A stretch of 52,657 nt of DNA from an uncultured bacterium (GCA_964534375.1 CAZHPN010000016.1:1-52657), one strand, 5' to 3'. Positions 1 through 9,864 are shown, counted from the stretch's first letter. The notes: generated by a model from the letters alone, not told the origin. Numbers and translations: made by a program.

Positions 1-213
1 ACGAACCGCGGCTTCCTGGGCCTGCGGCCTGACGGCCTCCGATCCAGGCTATGATGTATCGCGCCCTTGGCGCTCCATCCGCCGCGCCGTTGGCGCGCCG
101 GATTGTGGGGATGGATACGAACCGCGGCTTCCTGGGCCTGCGGCCTGACGGCCTCCGATCCAGGCTATGATGTATCGCGCCCTTGGCGCTGCATCCGCCG
201 CGCCGCCGGCGCG
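1..213. repeat. Two direct copies (1-97, 117-213; period 116) of a palindrome-rich REP-like element; first copy may be cut by the window edge
   Basis: The copies differ only at 75/191 and 90-91/206-207. Internal hairpins: CCTGG...CCAGG, GCGCC-CTT-GGCGC, CGCGCC-GTT-GGCGCG. Confidence 0.9.
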
Positions 214-228
214 GTCAACCTATTCAGG

Positions 229-276
229 ACCCCAGTCCCCAATCCCCAGTCCCGAGTCCCGAATCCCGAATCCCGG
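229..276. repeat. Heptamer tandem array (CCCAGTC/CCCAATC/CCCGAAT)
   Basis: cccagtccccaatccccagtcccgagtcccgaatcccgaatcccgg read directly. Confidence 0.9.
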
Positions 277-377
277 AAGCAAAGGTGTGTGCAGCAACGG
301 GCGGCGGCGGACGAAAAAATAACGTCAACCACTTTACCGACCCCGTTTTTGCGCGCATGATTTATTTGGAGGTGGAG

Positions 378-875
378 GTGACGGGCGAACGGTACGGCAG
401 AAACGTGCGCAATGTTACGGAAATGATTGAGGAAGTGGCGCGGAAGCTGCACCTGCCCGGCCTGGTCGGCCGCCATCGCGTTTTTTCGCTTTGGACGCAA
501 ATCGTCGGCCACCGCTATGCCGAGGTTTCGCAACCGGACAAGATTCAGGGCAAGACGCTGGTGGTCACGGCCGCCGACAACAGTTGGGCGCACGATCTTA
601 AAATGCACGCGACGTTGATCTTGGAGAAAATTGCCGAGATCACGGGCGACCACCGCCTGGCGAAGGTTCGCGTGGTCGTCGGGCCGATCGTGACGCCGCC
701 CCCGCCGCCGGAGCCGCCGCGGCCGTTGCACGAAATCGAGGTCGAAACCGCCGACATTGACGCCGCGCTCGACGCGTCGCCCGCCCGGGACAAACCCGTC
801 TTGCGCGAAAAGCTGGCGCGGGTCTGGGCCGACAGCCGGCGCCTGGCTAAACGCCGGCAGGAGTTCGGACGCTGA
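378..875 (+). CDS. DUF721 / DciA-family protein
   Basis: W..IVG...A..S.P..I....LVV......WA..L......IL.KI pattern typical of DUF721. GTG at 378 follows GGAGG; alternative ATG at 357. Confidence 0.8.
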   Translation: MTGERYGRNVRNVTEMIEEVARKLHLPGLVGRHRVFSLWTQIVGHRYAEVSQPDKIQGKTLVVTAADNSWAHDLKMHATLILEKIAEITGDHRLAKVRVVVGPIVTPPPPPEPPRPLHEIEVETADIDAALDASPARDKPVLREKLARVWADSRRLAKRRQEFGR

Positions 876-937
876 ACGCCGCCGCCCAATTCCAGCGCTC
901 GCTTCTGGCGTTCCTGGCGCTGGCCGCCGCCGCCGCG

Positions 938-2617
938 GTGGTGATTCTGCCCGTGGCGACCGGCGGCTTCGGCGAGGCGCGCGATTACACGATGGCCTAC
1001 ACGGCCCGGCTGCTCGCCGACCTCGGCCCGCAACGGCTGGAGATGGCCGGCGTGCTCGGCGGGCCGGAATTGAACAAGACCCTCAGCCGCGCGGCGCCGG
1101 TCACGCTGCTGGCGGAAGCGGTGATGTTCTCGCTGCTCGGCGACAACCAAGCCGGACAATTGGCCGTGTTGTTCGCCGTGCAGCTCGCCGTGATCGCCCT
1201 GGCGATGCTGCTCGCCGAGCGCTGGCGGCCGGAACGGCGCGCCGGTCTGCTGGCCGGCGTGATCGTCGCCCTGCACCCTATCGCGGGCGGCGCCGCCGCC
1301 GGCCTGTCGTCGCTGGCGACGATGCTCGCCATGGTCGGCATGCTCGGCGCCATGATCTTCGCCTTGTCGGCCGTGCGCACCGGCCGCTGGGCGGCGCTCG
1401 CCCCCATGCTCTTGTTGGCGGTGCTCGCCGCCGGGGCCGACCCGGCCGGCATTCTGACGGTCCCGGCCGTGCTGGCCGTGGCCTTGTGCGCGCCGGGCGC
1501 GGCGTGGCGCGGCACGGGCGCGCCGCGCGCGGCGGCGGTAATCCTGGCGCTGTTCGGCGTGGCGATGACGGCACTCTGGATGCGGTCGCTGGGCCGGCCC
1601 ACGGCGTATCTGCAGGCGCTGACCGATTGGCGGCCGGCGCAGTTCCCCGTGCAGGCGGCGTGGTGGCTGCGCGGTTTGTTTTTCGCGATCGATCCGACCG
1701 TGTCGAGCGGGCCGAAATGGGTCGGTCCGGCCGCGATCGCGGCGCCGGCGGCGGCGCTGACGACGGCGACGATCGTGGCCTTGCGCCGCCGGCCGACCGC
1801 GGTGCTGTGGCCGGTTCTCAGTGTGCTGTCCCTGGCGCCGGCGACGCTGGCGATGGCGTTGCCGCAGCGGTTTGCGCCGCCGTCGAGCTGGGCGGCGCTC
1901 TACCCCGCGATGATTTTTTCCGCGTTGTGGGTCGCGGAACTGTGGCCGGGGCCGGAGTTTCCGCAGACGCGCGTCATCGTCGTGTGCGTCGCGCTGGCGA
2001 GCGTCTTGCCGCAATCGTATTTGTTGACCCGCAGCCTGGCCGACGAAGCGCGGCAGACCAATCGCCTCGGGCGTGAATTCGTCCGCGTCGTGCGCGACGC
2101 CCCGGCGGGCCGCGACGTCATCCTGCTGGCTGACGCCACGTCGCTGCGCCAGTTGGAAACCGTTTTTCTGGCGGCGAATTACGCCGACACGTCGCCGCGG
2201 CAGCTTCGGTATCGGATGCTGGTCGGCGGCCGCCTCGCGCCGTACCAGCATGCTCTGCCCAGCGGCGAGTTGCGCGGCTTCCACGCCCGCTTGCCGTTCG
2301 ACGACCAGAAGCTGTTCATCGGCTTCGACGGCCGGCGCCGCCACATGGCCGACCTGACCGGCCTGATCGACGCCAAGGTGCGGCTGGTCGGCGACGAGGC
2401 GGCGACGCGCCGGGAAACGCCGCCGGCGCTGCCGTTGCTCGACGAAGCCGTCATCAACCAGTGGCCGGATTCGCTGGAATGGGGCAAGAACTCCGCTTTC
2501 GTTGACGGCGCCACGGCGAACGAAGACCAGCCGAGCTGCGTCAAGTGGACCTTGAGCTGGTACGTGGAAGGCGCGATGCTGCGGCTGAATCCGTATGCTG
2601 GGAGGGAACTGCTGTAG
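938..2617 (+). CDS. Polytopic membrane protein, probable GT-C fold glycosyltransferase (TMTC/PMT-like); true start may be CTG at 872
   Basis: About 10 hydrophobic segments, an 'ALHP' motif and a soluble C-terminal domain. The frame is open back to 851. Confidence 0.6.
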   Translation: MVILPVATGGFGEARDYTMAYTARLLADLGPQRLEMAGVLGGPELNKTLSRAAPVTLLAEAVMFSLLGDNQAGQLAVLFAVQLAVIALAMLLAERWRPERRAGLLAGVIVALHPIAGGAAAGLSSLATMLAMVGMLGAMIFALSAVRTGRWAALAPMLLLAVLAAGADPAGILTVPAVLAVALCAPGAAWRGTGAPRAAAVILALFGVAMTALWMRSLGRPTAYLQALTDWRPAQFPVQAAWWLRGLFFAIDPTVSSGPKWVGPAAIAAPAAALTTATIVALRRRPTAVLWPVLSVLSLAPATLAMALPQRFAPPSSWAALYPAMIFSALWVAELWPGPEFPQTRVIVVCVALASVLPQSYLLTRSLADEARQTNRLGREFVRVVRDAPAGRDVILLADATSLRQLETVFLAANYADTSPRQLRYRMLVGGRLAPYQHALPSGELRGFHARLPFDDQKLFIGFDGRRRHMADLTGLIDAKVRLVGDEAATRRETPPALPLLDEAVINQWPDSLEWGKNSAFVDGATANEDQPSCVKWTLSWYVEGAMLRLNPYAGRELL

Positions 2618-2618
2618 G

Positions 2619-2680
2619 CAGTGGTCAGCGGCCAGTGGTCAGTGAACAGTGGCCGGAATTCAGAATTCAGAAGACAGAAG
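2619..2680. repeat. Heptamer tandem arrays (CAGTGGT-like, CAGAATT-like)
   Basis: cagtggtcagcggccagtggtcagtgaacagtggcc and gaattcagaattcagaagacagaag. Confidence 0.8.
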
Positions 2681-2833
2681 AGCCTCTTGCAAGAATGGCA
2701 TTTCGATAATCGGCATTTTGCGCGGACCCCGCCCTTTGCCGAAAAAATCGCGCCCGCGCCGTTTACCCGCACGGAAGAGACTGTCGATTCTCTTCGCGCC
2801 GGCCGGCCGTGCAGGAGTTCTGGGAATTATGGC

Positions 2834-5041
2834 ATGAGCGGCGCGCCCCGGTCCCAGCAGTCCCATAGTTCCCATAACTCCCAGGCGTTTCGCCTGCTGG
2901 CCTGCGGCGTCGCGCTCCTGCTGGTCACGGGTTGCGACTTCAACGGACTGCTCGACAAATGGGGCAAGGCCTACGGCGAACGGTTGCTCGATCGCCTGGC
3001 GCCCAACGCCGGTTTGAACCAACCGCCCGCCGACGATGACGACAACAACGACAATGACAACGACAACGACTCGTCGCCCCCCGAGGCGCAGAGCGAAATT
3101 ATCGACGGCGGCCGGCCCGGAATCGACGGCGTCGCGGTCGTGCGCGAGGCCGACGGCACGCTGGTCTTCGCCGCCGCGAAAGAAGGGCGATTGACTCTCT
3201 ATTTCCCGACGGGCGGCGGCGCCCCCGCGCAGGAAATCGCCGAGACCGCCCAGGCGCCCGCGCTGGCGGCGGACAGCCACGGCCACCTCCACGTCGCCTA
3301 CGTCGACAACGCCGACCCGAACGCCCTGCGGATCGCCTACGGCAACAACGCGGCCGGCGCCTGGGCCTTCGTCGACGTCGGCGCGACCTCGGCCGGCCAG
3401 CCGCGCGTCTCGCTGGCGGTCGACGCGACCGAGAACGCGCATGTGACGTTCCCCGGCGCCGATAGCCGGCTGGTTTACGCGACCAACCAAACCGGCGCCT
3501 GGACGACCGAGCCGGTCGACGCCGCCGGCCCCGCCGCGCCGATCAGCGCGATCGGCCTCACCGCCGCCGGCGCGCCCGTCGCGGCGTACGTGCGCAACAA
3601 CGCGCTGTATTACGCGGCGAAAACATCCGACGGCTGGGCGGTGCAAAGCGTGGCGTCGCCGGCCGCGCTGGGCTCGCCGCGGGCCCTGGCGCTGGCGTCC
3701 GCCGGCGCGGCGATCACTTATTACGATGCGCAGGCGCCGGGTCTGAGGCTGGCGGCGCAAGCCGGCGGGACGTGGCAAATCATCGATGTCGACGACGGGG
3801 CGGGCGTCGGCGGCGCCGCATCGCTGGCGCTGGACGACCGCGGCTCGTTCCACATCGCGTACCGCGACGCCGCTGCGCAGGCGCTCAAGCACGCGACGAA
3901 CGCCGGCGGCACGTGGGCGGCGACGGTGGCGGCGAGCGGCGCCGACGTGGGCGCCCAAACGGACATCGCGGCGGCCGGCGGCGCGACGAACATCTGTTTT
4001 TACGGAACGCCGGGCCTCGGTTGGGCGCAGAGGGCAAACGCCGGATGGACGCTTGATCTGCTCGATAGCGGAGGCGTGGTCGGTTTGTATGCCTCGCTGG
4101 CGCTCGACGCCGAGGGCGCGCCGCACATCGCGTATTTCGATCTGACGAACAAACGGCTGAAGTACGCGGAGCAACTGGGCGCGGAGTGGGTGATCGAGGT
4201 GGTCGACGAGACCGGCGACACGGGTTATTGGCCGTCGCTGGCCGTCGACGCGGGCGGCTTCGCCTACATCGCCTATCACGACCAGGCGGTCGGATCGTTG
4301 CGGTTTGCCAGCAACGTTCTCGGCGGTTGGGTGACGATTACGGTCGACGCCGGGCCCGACGTCGGCCTGCATCCGTCGCTCGCGCTCGATGCGGCCGGCC
4401 GCGCCTGCATCGTCTACTACGACGCCGGCGCGCAGGAGCTGAAGTACGCGACCGACGCCGGCGGCGTCTGGTCGACCGAGCGGCTGCCGGACGCCGGCGA
4501 CATCGGTTATTATACGTCGATCGCAGTGGATGCCGGCGGAACCGTGCGTGCGGCCTACGCCGATCTGACGCACGACGCGCTCAAATTCGCCGAGGGCGGC
4601 TTCGGCGGTTGGCAATTCACGACGGTCGATGCGTCGGGCGGGTCGGGCTCGTACAACAGCCTCGCGGTCGGCGCCGACGGCGGCGTGCGCATCGCGTACG
4701 TCGCGGCGCAGGCCGGCGAACTGCGCTTCGCCAGCCGGCCGGCCGCCGGCGGGCCGTGGACCACGGAGACCATCGCCGGCCCCGGGCCGTTCACGTATCC
4801 GTCGCTGGCGCTCGACGACGCCGAGACGGCGCAGCTTGCCTATTTCGACGCCGGGGCGGCGCGCGCCATGTACGTCTGGGGCGGGCCGGGCGCTTGGAAT
4901 CAGGCGGTCATCGACAACGGCCCGGATGCCGGCGGCCGGACCTCGCTGGCGCTCGACGCCGCCGGTTGGGTCCACGTCGCCTACGCCGGCGCCGCGTCGT
5001 TGCGGCACGCCTGGTTTCCGCAACGGCCGGCGGCGCGGTAG
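2834..5041 (+). CDS. Lipoprotein with Asp/Asn-rich linker and repeated beta-propeller blades
   Basis: Lipobox LLVTG-C, linker DDDDNNDNDNDND and more than 10 repeats of S-L-A-(L/V)-D-x-x-G-x-x-H-(I/V)-A-Y. Confidence 0.85.
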   Translation: MSGAPRSQQSHSSHNSQAFRLLACGVALLLVTGCDFNGLLDKWGKAYGERLLDRLAPNAGLNQPPADDDDNNDNDNDNDSSPPEAQSEIIDGGRPGIDGVAVVREADGTLVFAAAKEGRLTLYFPTGGGAPAQEIAETAQAPALAADSHGHLHVAYVDNADPNALRIAYGNNAAGAWAFVDVGATSAGQPRVSLAVDATENAHVTFPGADSRLVYATNQTGAWTTEPVDAAGPAAPISAIGLTAAGAPVAAYVRNNALYYAAKTSDGWAVQSVASPAALGSPRALALASAGAAITYYDAQAPGLRLAAQAGGTWQIIDVDDGAGVGGAASLALDDRGSFHIAYRDAAAQALKHATNAGGTWAATVAASGADVGAQTDIAAAGGATNICFYGTPGLGWAQRANAGWTLDLLDSGGVVGLYASLALDAEGAPHIAYFDLTNKRLKYAEQLGAEWVIEVVDETGDTGYWPSLAVDAGGFAYIAYHDQAVGSLRFASNVLGGWVTITVDAGPDVGLHPSLALDAAGRACIVYYDAGAQELKYATDAGGVWSTERLPDAGDIGYYTSIAVDAGGTVRAAYADLTHDALKFAEGGFGGWQFTTVDASGGSGSYNSLAVGADGGVRIAYVAAQAGELRFASRPAAGGPWTTETIAGPGPFTYPSLALDDAETAQLAYFDAGAARAMYVWGGPGAWNQAVIDNGPDAGGRTSLALDAAGWVHVAYAGAASLRHAWFPQRPAAR

Positions 5042-5084
5042 GCGCGTGTTGCGGAAGCCGCCCAGCGAGGTCGCCGTTCAACCG

Positions 5085-8000
5085 ATGCAGCCGCTCGACA
5101 CGCCAATTGAAAAGAGCGAACGCGCGCGGTGGTTGCGGCGGCTGCCGCTGGTCCTTTGGGCCGTCCCGCTGATTTGCCTGGCCGGCGCCGCGGCGCACAT
5201 GGCGCACAACCGGTATCCGACCGGCTGGGACAGCGACATGCACGCGCGGAACGCGATCGCGTTCGGCCGGCTGTTGCACGAAGCGCCGGTCGAGGCGTGG
5301 CTCTTTTTACGGCAACTGCCGCTGCACTACCCGCCGCTGACCTACGCTGTCACCGGCTGTTTTCTGGCGCTCTCGTTTTCGCCGTGGGCTCATCACGCGA
5401 CGATCCTCCTGTTTGACACGGCGTTCTTGCTGTTTTTCGCGCTGTCGTTGCGCGCCCTGAAGCTGCGGCCCGCGATCGCCTGGCTGGGACTGCTGGCGGT
5501 CTGCGCGGATCCGCGCCTGGCCGTGAACCTGTGCTCCTACAACCTGGAGATGGGCTGGAACGCTGCGGCGATGTTTCTCACCTGGCTCTGGCTGACGCAG
5601 CGCTGGCGGCGCAGCGCCCGGGCCGGCGTCTTCTACGGGATGGCCGCCGGCGTCGCCCTGCTCTCGAAGGCGGTGATTTTGCCGTTCTTCGCGCTCATTC
5701 TCGTCGTGGAATTTTTCGTTCCGCTCCCCGGCGCCGAAGAAAAGCATCGCGGCCGGCTGGCGCTGTTCGCGGGCGTCGCCGGCCTGGTCGCCGCCGCCCA
5801 TTATGGCCGTTCGGCGGCGACGTTCCTGAACGAACTGACCGGCGATCTGCGCGGTTTCCCCGCCGGGAAAGCCGAGCCGTGGTGGCGCTATGCGGCGGTG
5901 CTGATTTTCGGCTTGGGCGGCTCGCCGCTGCTGTTGTCCGCGGCGCTGCTCGCCCGTCGCGTCGCCTGGCGCCGCTTGCCGCCGGCGGCCGGCCGGCTCG
6001 CCGCTATGGCGGGCCTCTGGCTCGTCTTCTTTTCGCTGTTCGCCACCAAACGCCCGTGGTATGCGGTGGGGCCGTATTCGCTCGTCGTGCTCGCCGCGAC
6101 CGCCGCGCTCAATTCCGCGGAGGGCACGTTCGCCCGGCGCGTGACCGGCGCCGCCGGCGTCCTTTACGCGACCGCCGCGCTGCTCTTTTGGTTTCCCCAA
6201 ACGCGCATGGCGGCGGCGCATTTGGTGGGCGTGGCCGATCGCGATCTGGCGCTGCCCACCGCGCTCGCCACGCGGAACATGTCGCTCGACGCCTTCGCCG
6301 CCGTCTTCGCCGAGCCGGCGGATTGCCGGACATTCGTCATCGATCCAACGCGCGAGGTCCCGCCCGCCGGCCTGAAAACCGTGTTGTCATTTGTCCGCCC
6401 CGACGCCGTGATCGGCGGCGGGTTCATTGCGCTGCCGACCGCCGCCGGCGCCGCCTCGCCGGCATACGCGCCCGACGTTTGCGCGGCGATCGAAATGCGG
6501 CGCGACGATTCGCGCCGCGCGCCGCCTGGCGTACGCGGCGCCGACAACTACGAGCGGGCGGCGCTGTTTTTGCAAAATACGCACGACCCCTGGCGGCCCG
6601 CCGGACAGGTCGCCGGCAGCGGCGGCTCGCTGCTCGTCTCGCGCCGGACCGTCGGCCGCGACGAAACCCCGCCGCCGGGAAATCTAAGCTGCTTCGACAG
6701 CTTCTTGTTGTTCAACGAATATTTGCCGCCAGCCGCGGTCCGCGATCGCCTGCGGTCCTTGTGCGCTGGCGGCGAAACCGCCCAGGCGCTGACGGAATAC
6801 CAGGTTTTTCTGCCGATGCGGCGGGGCGACAGCCGCGTCTGGAACGAGTTTTTCGACTGCCTGGACAACAGCCGCACCCCCGCCGCCGAGCGGCAGGCAA
6901 TGACGCAAGATGTCGGCGCCTGGCTGGGCGCGGATGACTCCGTCGCTCGAGAAACCTGCCTGCGTCGCCTCTGCGATTTGGAGGTCGCCGGGAAAATAGC
7001 GGGCCGTTGCGAGGACTTCGCCGAGACCGCGCTCGCCGGCCCGACCCTCGCCGGGGCCGATCGCTCGCGGCTGCTGCGCATCGTGGTCGAGTTCCTGCTG
7101 CAAACGGGTCGCGACGCCGACGCCGAGGCCCTGCTCGACCGCGACGCGTCCGCGGACGACGCCGCGGCGCTCGTCCTGCACTTCGCCGCGAGCCGCCGCG
7201 ACGCGGGCGATGTCGACCGCGCGCTCGAGGTCTTCCGCCTGGCGTTAAGCCGCCGGCCGGACGACCCGGCCGCGCTCGCCGGCCTGATCGCCACGCTGCG
7301 TGCGGCGCATCGGCCCGACGACGAGGCCGCCGCGATCGAGCGCGCGCTCGCCGCGCTGCCCGGGTCGGCCGTCGTTTTTTCCGACCACTTCGCGCGCCTT
7401 TTCGCGTTGGGCGGCGAGGCGTCGTGCCTGCGCTGGATCGCCCGCACGTTCGTCGCCGAGCCGCCGGGCTCGCCCAGCCGCGACCGCGCATTGGACGTGC
7501 TGCTGCGCCGCCCGTTTCCCGACGCGCTGCGGGAACGGGTGGACGAGTTGCTGGCGAGCAACCTGCCGCCGGCCTCGTCGAGCGAGATGCCGGCGACGCT
7601 GTGGGATTGGGCGCAGGCCGCGTGGGAAGCCGGCAACGCCGCGCTCGCCGGGCGGCTGCACGACCGCATCGCGGATAATTCCGCCTTTGGCGACGCCTGC
7701 CGGCGCGTGGCGCAAACGCGCGCCGAACTGTTGCGCGCCGGAGTCGACCTCCGCGATTTGCGGCGCGGCGCCGCGCGCGAAAAAGGGTTGCGGTCGGCGG
7801 TTGACGGCGCGGTCGCGCGGCTCGAAGTTTTCTGGCGCGGGATTAACATGACGAGCGAACGCCGAGCGCAGTTGCGCGAAGCCGCGCCGTGGTCGCGCCT
7901 GACCGGCGTCTGCCTAGACGAAATCGCGATCGTCAAAGCGCGAAACAGCATCGCGGGCGGCGAGGTCGGCGAAGCGGCGCGCTGGCTGGCGGAAGTGACG

Positions 8001-8087
8001 CACGACGCCGATCTGCGCGAGGTCGCCGGCGGCATGCGGCGCGCGCTGGCGAGACCGGCAAACGAAACGAAAGGCGGGCAGCGATGA
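5085..8087 (+). CDS. ArnT/PMT-like (GT-C) membrane glycosyltransferase fused to a C-terminal TPR-like helical region
   Basis: Motifs 'GWDSDMH', 'HYPPLTY' and 'ALLSK', multiple TM helices, then Ala/Leu-rich helical repeats. Start could be GTG at 5046. Confidence 0.7.
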   Translation: MQPLDTPIEKSERARWLRRLPLVLWAVPLICLAGAAAHMAHNRYPTGWDSDMHARNAIAFGRLLHEAPVEAWLFLRQLPLHYPPLTYAVTGCFLALSFSPWAHHATILLFDTAFLLFFALSLRALKLRPAIAWLGLLAVCADPRLAVNLCSYNLEMGWNAAAMFLTWLWLTQRWRRSARAGVFYGMAAGVALLSKAVILPFFALILVVEFFVPLPGAEEKHRGRLALFAGVAGLVAAAHYGRSAATFLNELTGDLRGFPAGKAEPWWRYAAVLIFGLGGSPLLLSAALLARRVAWRRLPPAAGRLAAMAGLWLVFFSLFATKRPWYAVGPYSLVVLAATAALNSAEGTFARRVTGAAGVLYATAALLFWFPQTRMAAAHLVGVADRDLALPTALATRNMSLDAFAAVFAEPADCRTFVIDPTREVPPAGLKTVLSFVRPDAVIGGGFIALPTAAGAASPAYAPDVCAAIEMRRDDSRRAPPGVRGADNYERAALFLQNTHDPWRPAGQVAGSGGSLLVSRRTVGRDETPPPGNLSCFDSFLLFNEYLPPAAVRDRLRSLCAGGETAQALTEYQVFLPMRRGDSRVWNEFFDCLDNSRTPAAERQAMTQDVGAWLGADDSVARETCLRRLCDLEVAGKIAGRCEDFAETALAGPTLAGADRSRLLRIVVEFLLQTGRDADAEALLDRDASADDAAALVLHFAASRRDAGDVDRALEVFRLALSRRPDDPAALAGLIATLRAAHRPDDEAAAIERALAALPGSAVVFSDHFARLFALGGEASCLRWIARTFVAEPPGSPSRDRALDVLLRRPFPDALRERVDELLASNLPPASSSEMPATLWDWAQAAWEAGNAALAGRLHDRIADNSAFGDACRRVAQTRAELLRAGVDLRDLRRGAAREKGLRSAVDGAVARLEVFWRGINMTSERRAQLREAAPWSRLTGVCLDEIAIVKARNSIAGGEVGEAARWLAEVTHDADLREVAGGMRRALARPANETKGGQR

Positions 8088-8860
8088 TTGTCGCATTGAC
8101 CACCGATTTCGGGGAAGCCGACGGCTACGTCGGCGCGATGAAGGGCGTGATTCTCGACCTGGCGCCGGCGGCGACCGTGGTGGACATCACGCACGGCGTG
8201 CCGCCGTTCGACATCGCGCACGGGGCGTTCGCGCTTTCGCAGGCGGCGCCCTATTTTCCGGCGGGCACGGTCCATGTCGTCGTCATCGATCCGGGCGTCG
8301 GCGGCGAGCGGCGGGCGCTGGCGGTGTACAGCGGCGGTCAGTATTTCGTCGCGCCGGACAACGGCGTGCTCACGCCCTTTCTGGCCGCGGGCGTTATCGT
8401 GCGCGAGTTGACGAATCCGGCCTGGCGCCTGGCGAACGTGTCCGCGACGTTTCACGGCCGCGACGTGTTTGCGCCGGCGGCGGCGCGACTCGCGGCGGGC
8501 GCGGATTTTTTGTCGAGCGGGCCGGCGTTCGCCGATCCCATTCGGCTTGCCGCGTGGGACTTCGCCGTCGCCGACGACGGCCTGCACGGCGCAATCGTGC
8601 ACATCGACCGTTTCGGCAACTGCATCACATCCGTGCCGGCGATGAACCTGGCGTCGCTCGGCGCCGGGCCGTTCGCGGCCGTGCTGCCGAACCTGCCGCC
8701 GATTCCGCTACGGCGCAGCTATTCCGATGTCGCCCCGGGCGAGCCGCTTTGCCTGGCGGGCTCGTCGGGACTGCTCGAAATCGCGGTGCGCGACGGACAC
8801 GCCGCGCGGGCGCTGAGACTGCAACGGGGCGAGAGCGTACAACTTCAAAGGAAAAAGTAA
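8084..8860 (+). CDS. DUF62 SAM hydroxide adenosyltransferase / SAM hydrolase family protein
   Basis: Motifs LTTDFG..DGYVGAMKGVI, VVIDPGVG..RR, APDNG, TFHGRDVF and IDRFGN. ATGA overlap with the upstream stop. Confidence 0.93.
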   Translation: MIVALTTDFGEADGYVGAMKGVILDLAPAATVVDITHGVPPFDIAHGAFALSQAAPYFPAGTVHVVVIDPGVGGERRALAVYSGGQYFVAPDNGVLTPFLAAGVIVRELTNPAWRLANVSATFHGRDVFAPAAARLAAGADFLSSGPAFADPIRLAAWDFAVADDGLHGAIVHIDRFGNCITSVPAMNLASLGAGPFAAVLPNLPPIPLRRSYSDVAPGEPLCLAGSSGLLEIAVRDGHAARALRLQRGESVQLQRKK

Positions 8861-8955
8861 ACACAACGCCCCATTCGTCGGAGGTCGCGTGCAACAGAGA
8901 CTTCATTCGGTCGGCGGCGGACTCTGGGCCTGACTTTTTCCTTTTTCCTTGGCGG

Positions 8956-9864
8956 TCAATACGTGCGGTCGACGATGAAGCGGCCGAGGGCGCGCAGCGG
9001 GTCGGCGCGTTCGTCGAATTCGGCGACGGCGGCCAAGGCGCGGGCGAGCAGATCTTTCAACAGACTGCGGCAGCCGTCGAGGCCGAGCCGATCGACGTAG
9101 GTCGTCTTGCCCTGGCGGGTGTCGGAGCCTTTCGGTTTGCCGAGTTTGGCCTGGTCGCCAACCACGTCGAGCACGTCGTCGGCCACCTGGAAGGCGAGGC
9201 CGATGATTTCGCCGAAGGTCGTCAACTGCGCCAGTTGGCGCTCGTCGGCGCCCGAGGCGAGCGCGCCGGCGCGCACGGCGGCGATCAGCAATTTGGCGGT
9301 TTTGGCCTCTTCCATCAGCTCGATTTCAGCGAGCGTGACGTCGCCGCGTTCGGTGTAGAGCATGTCGAGGCTCTGGCCGCCCATCGTGCCCTGCCAGCCG
9401 ATGGCGCGGCTGGTTTCGGCGATGATGCGCGCGGCGATGGCCGGCGTGTCGCGGCCGGCGAGGCCGGCCTCGGCCATGACCTGATAGGCCCAGGTGAGCA
9501 GCCCGCAACCGGCGAGCAGCGCCTGCGCGACGCCGTAGACCATGTGGTTGGCCGGCTTGCCGCGGCGGGTGTCGTCGTTGTCCATCGCGGGCAGATCGTC
9601 GTGGATCAGCGTGTAGGTGTGGATCATTTCCAGTGCGCAGCCGAAGTCGAGCGCGGCGCTTTTGTCGCCGCCGCAGGCTTCGCCGGCGGCCAGGCACAGC
9701 AGCGGCCGGATGCGTTTTCCGCCCGCGAAGAGCGAGTATTCCATCGCTTCCTTGACCACGCGGAACGGGCCGGCGTCGCCCGCGGTGAGCTGCCGCAGGC
9801 GCTTCTCCACCAATTCGCCGTTTTCCCGAAAATAGCGCTGCAGATCGACGCGGGGCTCGTTCAT
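8956..9864 (-). CDS. ispA: Farnesyl/geranylgeranyl diphosphate synthase (polyprenyl synthetase)
   Basis: GGKRIRP, LIHDDLPAMDNDDTRRGKP, GQSLD, KTAKL, FQVADDVLD. Confidence 0.92.
   Translation of the reverse strand: MNEPRVDLQRYFRENGELVEKRLRQLTAGDAGPFRVVKEAMEYSLFAGGKRIRPLLCLAAGEACGGDKSAALDFGCALEMIHTYTLIHDDLPAMDNDDTRRGKPANHMVYGVAQALLAGCGLLTWAYQVMAEAGLAGRDTPAIAARIIAETSRAIGWQGTMGGQSLDMLYTERGDVTLAEIELMEEAKTAKLLIAAVRAGALASGADERQLAQLTTFGEIIGLAFQVADDVLDVVGDQAKLGKPKGSDTRQGKTTYVDRLGLDGCRSLLKDLLARALAAVAEFDERADPLRALGRFIVDRTY

Noticed and set aside
1..213. 116-nt-period repeat as CRISPR
   Set aside because: The repeat (97 nt) is far too long and the gap (19 nt) too short
4629..5084. N-terminal 150 aa of the 1152-aa ORF (also the upstream extensions of ORFs at 183, 2621, 7889 and 9978)
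   Set aside because: They overlap neighbouring genes or repeat DNA; downstream starts with coupling or RBS fit better
8084..8860. SAM-dependent fluorinase/chlorinase (halogenase)
   Set aside because: It retains the Asp/Arg/His features (DPGVG..RR, TFHGRD) of the common DUF62 hydrolase type, and there is no biosynthetic cluster context
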